A DNA stretch of 64,000 bases, from positions 149,172,001 through 149,236,000 of the forward strand of contig OZ024742.1 of NCBI GenBank assembly GCA_964016885.1, written 5' to 3'. Below are positions 59,864 to 64,000 of this stretch, piece after piece; the first letter of the stretch is position 1, and every line of letters begins with the position of its first letter. Under the pieces are notes generated by a model. That model did no database searches. It worked only from the letters and a program-made list of their open reading frames with translations, and was not told where the DNA came from. Origin of the DNA: Eledone cirrhosa (Eukaryota). The translations under genes and the position numbers were made by a program.

Positions 59864-62800
59864 ATATATATATATATGGTACAAATATTTTAGATATTTC
59901 TGTAGCCTGTCTAACTTGATAAGTTATCAGCTGATTGATTTCATCATCATTGCTGTTTTATGTTCCATTCTATATCCTTCTTAATACCATAGTTGTATGA
60001 TCTATGGTATGTAATTATGCAGCTGGTACTGTGATGTTTTCATGAACAATATATTTAACTCTCAAATAGGCCAGCCCACTTAGTTATTTTTAAGTCCAAA
60101 ACCTAATTATTTTTGGCTCAGTCTATAAGGCTGTAAATAGGAACTATGGAACAACACAGCTGACTATGTTAAGTAGCAATACCACTGTTTAATTGAATGT
60201 TTCAATGACTTTCACTGCTGATCTCCAATCCTTTCATGAATGTGACTCGAAAACAATGCTCAAGATACACTACATAAAGACTGTTTACATATGGTATACA
60301 AATCAATGCATTATAAATCTTGCTTATGTAACAAAAGATGGAAAAGCATTATCCATTGTTGAATTCTGCTAAATAAGACATGCGACATCACAAATGTGAT
60401 AATGTTAATATTTGACCTCCAGCCCAACTCCACCAAACAACTGGCCATTCTAAGCCATCATCCAATCTTACCAACTAACCAACCAATGAGAGAATCACTA
60501 CACAGCCACTCAACTGACTAGAAATAACAGCCAAATCTCACCCTACTGCCTTAAAAAGGAAATACATCTATAGGATTATATAGAATTAGATACATTGATC
60601 TCATAACTTTATATTGAAACAACTTTCCACAGATGATTTTCTAAATATATTATTTTGTAGAATAATTATTTTTGTCAATGATCATGTGAATTGTGATTGT
60701 TTGCTGGCACATTAAGAAATATTACTATGCAGTGATCAAATGATGAAAGACCATAGTGATCAAGTACACACCTGTTGATCTGAACACTCAATAAAAAGGT
60801 TTAACTCTGGTGGTAAATCCTGAAGTTTGTCTCCTTGTTGCCATATATACTTCAGTGAGCTGGCTTTCACCTATCAAAAGAAAAGTTATTAGTATTTAAC
60901 TAGGACATATAGTAAGCACCTAGCCTACCATGTAAGGTGGTCGTTCCAGAGTCATGATAAAATTTCCCCAGTATATGGTGTTGTAGTTGTTAGGAAGGGC
61001 ATCTAGCCATAGAAACGAAGCCCAAAACAAGGTGTATAAGCAGGGTGTAGTCACATGACCAACCACGCCTCAGTACATGACAACCTCTCAGGTATCTACA
61101 TTTTGCTCATATGATTTGTTTTTTTTTTGGCCTGGTTTTCTATGGCTGGATGCTCTTCCCCACACCAACCATATGCAGGTTCGACTGGGTGTCTTTTCTT
61201 GAGTCACAAGCATGACCATCTTATAGGGTGGACTGGGTGCTTTTTGTTGTGGCACTAGCATGACCACCGATTCCAGAAAAAAGTATACGTTAGCAGGGAT
61301 AATTTAAAAAATCTTAAGCAGGGCATGGATTGACTACCCAAAAGATTTTAACAGTGACCAACGTTCATGCATTTCAGAAATGTTATTGATAAGTTAAATA
61401 ATATAAAGTAAAACAAAGAAGAAGGGTTTGAATTCAGATCAGTGAGAGAAGCAAGACATTGCAAAGTAATATTAATCTGGCTTTGTAAAGTTTTGACTAC
61501 CCTAAAACATAAGCTCCAAACTGAACTTACTTCTATCTCTGGTGGTAATCTATCAGAGGGAACTTCCATTGGTAATGGCTGTTTGGTGGATTCTTCAACT
61601 GGTATCTCTGTAGATCTGCTGGATTGAGGTAGGGTTGCACCTTCAACTGACACTTCCATTGGTTCTTCTTCACTGGCATTGTCAGAGGCATCAGAATGAA
61701 TAACTGAAACAAACTGTAATCCATTGATGATAATGTTGATGATGATGATGATGATGATGAAGATAATTATGAGATAATGATGATGGTAGCATTTCTCATG
61801 GGATATCCTACTTTTTGCAGCAAAATTCTCATTTCTATTTAGATGTTGATTGTAATCTGAGAAATATTTCTCACATTTAATTTTCATTTACTGACAGGTT
61901 ACTTTGCAAGATGAAGTTAGGAACCCTTTGCAGGTTATCAACAGAGTGTAAGGAACATGACTGAAAAGATACTGACATTCCAGTTTTATCATTATTCACA
62001 TGCTATTATGATCACAAAACCCGAGGGTGGTGGATTGGCAGAACCATTAGAGCATTGAACAAACTGGTTTGCAGCATTTACTTATGACTCTTTACATTCT
62101 GAGTTCAAATTCGAACTCAGAAAGCTGAGTTCGATAAAATAGGTACCAGTCATGTGATGGTGTCAACTTTCCTCAACCCATAAATTGTTGAACTTGTGCC
62201 TAAATTAGAAATTATTACGATCACCAAATCTTTCCTTAACCCTTTCATTAACATATTTCTAATGAAATATACTGCCTATGATTTTGAAATAATTTTTGAA
62301 AATAATCAAGAATTTGAAGAGATTTAATAAAACATCTAACTTTTTCATTATCAAGTTGGTGCTTGAAGCATAACTTCACAAAGGTTTTTATATGAATATA
62401 AACAAGGGATTAGAAAGACCCTTCAGTTGTGTCAAAGACATGACAAGTTCACTTGTGCTGGTAATCTACACGATAAACGTACCCAGTACACTTTGTAAAG
62501 TGGTTGGTGATAGGAAGGACAAGCAGCCGTAGAAAACCAGCCACACAGAGGGTTAGGTGGACCCTTTAGCTATGTTAAAGACATATAACAACCTCCTTAG
62601 TGCTAGTGTCATGATAAAATGCACTCAGTAGAGCATGGGATTATATGTAAGCGAGATGCAAGCCTTCAGTCCATCTGAGAAGCCAGAAACCTTGTTTAAG
62701 TATTGACTTGATCTGTGAAGACCCATCCAACTCTTACTAGCAGGGAAAACAGATGTTTGAAGATGAAACAATTTAAAATAAACAGTTTTCTGTCATAGAA

Positions 62801-63070
62801 CCAGGGATGGTTTCAAGTGGTTTAGTATCAAAAAGGTTAAAAATGGACACAAATTTCTTTTCTTGCCCTGAGAAGTTTTAGCTTTTGAAAGAGTAAAAAA
62901 TACAAAAGAATACAAAAATACAAAAAAGAAAAAAAAAAGAATTTAAAAGGAAAAGCAAAGTTTGTTACCAATGATTGGACTTTCTGGTATCGTTAAGTCA
63001 GGGCAATGTTTCAGAAGAGAGTCATATTGGTTTGAAGATATCACATCATCAATATTTCTTTCATTTTCAG
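47089..63070 (-). CDS. FANCE: Fanconi anaemia group E protein-like (FANCE), spliced gene span, last 9 coding exons (5' part beyond window)
   Basis: Hand-spliced protein ...LPPELNLFIECSDQQVHQICHMLDVESLPDSSFAVVC...MSYANSLVVAKECILPRFVMQSKQNSRHVVSAVVTFSQQFPKPF...KTPLKNALINMLKDLSK* resembles the human FANCE C-terminal helical domain as recalled (PVELQLLHECSPSQ...LSLSNATVL...SASRLL); all phases match. Not database-verified. Confidence 0.85.
47330..47830 (+). mobile_element. Decayed CR1/Jockey-group LINE 3' fragment
   Basis: LRPTVEYCSH and VFYHYYND.CT.EL peptides. Confidence 0.55.
47613..47752. repeat. 28-bp minisatellite, 5 copies with alternating variants
   Basis: GTCT(A/T)TCCC(A/C)CACTAATCACCACACCCA at 47613, 47641, 47669, 47697, 47725. 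Confidence 0.95.
48247..48375 (-). CDS. FANCE: FANCE-like exon: LELSPDQLSQILQWLKKVTTSEHHSNTKFGRFFITFLKKHNKQ
   Basis: ttttatag / gtaaga; phase 0 to 0. Confidence 0.87.
49761..49833 (-). CDS. FANCE: FANCE-like exon: QLSKSCPPIEPGILLLLENLLDGK
   Basis: tttacag / gtaagt; phase 2 to 0. Confidence 0.85.
50469..50544 (-). CDS. FANCE: FANCE-like exon: DIPQAKLMTTVSKDAFTTNTRLYLLE
   Basis: tttcag / gtaagt; phase 1 to 2. Confidence 0.85.
51580..52430 (+). mobile_element. Heavily decayed RTE-like LINE RT fragment
   Basis: QGC.PSPILF.LAIDWIL...LSDLDFADD...VEVVDDFTY. Confidence 0.75.
53127..53250 (-). CDS. FANCE: FANCE-like exon: FVMQSKQNSRHVVSAVVTFSQQFPKPFVDGVIIPCAEAKKI
   Basis: ttttatag / gtaaat; 124 nt, phase 0 to 1. 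Confidence 0.88.
56336..56479 (-). CDS. FANCE: FANCE-like exon: VHQICHMLDVESLPDSSFAVVCKHFSEVGNQMSYANSLVVAKECILPR
   Basis: aattag / gtaaga; 144 nt, phase 0 to 0. Confidence 0.88.
57394..59860 (+). mobile_element. 5'-truncated RTE(BovB-like) LINE with two C-terminal C2H2 zinc fingers, antisense within a FANCE intron
   Basis: HKDWF, KSPGMDG, SYRGISLLS, PESQCGFR, FVDLTKAFD, GVKQG, YADD (58637-58648), LRWTGH, RIPKQLLYGEL; frameshifts; stop 59749; (AT)n tail. Confidence 0.92.
59795..59880. repeat. (AT)n microsatellite / LINE tail ending in palindrome ACCATATATATATATATGGT
   Basis: Direct inspection. Confidence 0.95.
60772..60870 (-). CDS. FANCE: FANCE-like exon: VKASSLKYIWQQGDKLQDLPPELNLFIECSDQQ
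   Basis: ttgatag / gtgtgt; phase 0 to 0. Confidence 0.85.
61531..61703 (-). CDS. FANCE: FANCE-like exon: VIHSDASDNASEEEPMEVSVEG...DRLPPEIE
   Basis: tttcag / gtaagt; phase 1 to 0; acidic linker. Confidence 0.85.
62969..63070 (-). CDS. FANCE: FANCE-like exon: ENERNIDDVISSNQYDSLLKHCPDLTIPESPII
   Basis: minus-strand AG / gtaac; phase 1 to 1. Confidence 0.72.
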
Positions 63071-64000
63071 CTAGTTGAGATAAATAGATAGAGATTAAAT
63101 GGACCCAGCTCACTATAAAGTGGTAGTGCTGGTGTCAATTTAAAATGCACCAAGTCCACTCTATAAAGCAGTAGTGCTGGTACCATGATAAAATGTTACC
63201 AGTCCACACTGTAAAGCGGTAGTGTTTGTACATGAAAAAAAGTACCTAGTTCACCCTGCTATGTCGTAGTGGTGGTGTCATGAGAAAATGAACCTAGAAG
63301 ATGCTGTGAAATGGTTGGTGTTAGGAAGAGCATCCAGCTGTAGAAACCATGTCAAAATGGAGTGTATCAGCAATACACAGTCATCTGACCTGTCTAGCTT
63401 CATAACATGACAACCTGTCTAACCCGTGCATGGAAAATAGACGTAAAACAGAGATGATGATGATGATGGACAAACAGATAGATAGTGAGAGATTAAAGGA
63501 AAAACCTATTTAGAAGCATGATTATAATTTTAAAAGTCTGATATATAGTTACTAGATTAATTATATAGATGTGTGCTAGCCCATAGTTTTGGTGTCACAA
63601 CAAAAAACACCCAGTGGTTATGTCAATGTCATAACAAAAAGCATTTAGTAAGGTGGCCAAACAGGTGCCATTACAAAAAGCACCTAATCCACCCTGTAAG
63701 GTGGTTGTGCTGGGACCATGACAAAAAAGCATCCAGTTCACCTTATAAGGCTCGTACCATGAGGAAAAATACTCAGTCCACCTTGTAATGTGGTCAAGCT
63801 GGTGCCACAATGAAAATAACCCAGTCTACTCTGTAAAGTGGTAGTGCTGGTGTCACGAAAAAAGCTCTCAGTACACATTGTAATATGGTTGGCATTAGGA
63901 AGGGTATCCAGCTGTAGAAAACTAAGCCCAAAATGGAATGTATGAGCAAGATGTGGTCACTTGACCTGGCTAGCTTCATAATGTGACAGCCCATCTAACT

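Overview
AT-rich, repeat-dense eukaryotic genomic DNA. The repeat repertoire suggests an octopod cephalopod (inference, not verified). The window holds two convergent multi-exon genes that the ORF track mostly misses. On +, 24 coding exons (209-45813, 5' end outside the window) of the H3K9 methyltransferase SETDB1/eggless: triple Tudor, MBD, pre-SET, split SET, post-SET. On -, the last 9 coding exons (63070-47089) of a FANCE-like Fanconi anaemia core-complex gene; the putative poly(A) signals of the two genes are ~75 bp apart. All exons were assembled by hand with GT-AG boundaries and matching phases. Introns contain a near-full-length decayed RTE LINE with a PHD finger inside ORF2, a 5'-truncated RTE LINE with two C-terminal C2H2 fingers, a Helitron containing a piggyBac derivative and a CRE fragment, piggyBac MITEs, CR1 and CRE remnants and many SINEs. 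Best leads: a candidate 12-nt in-frame microexon in the SETDB1 Tudor region, a ~260-nt fold-back of two inverted LINE tails in a SETDB1 intron with a weak donor, and the PHD-bearing RTE. No prokaryote-type system (CRISPR, operon) is present, and no new system can be proven from sequence alone.
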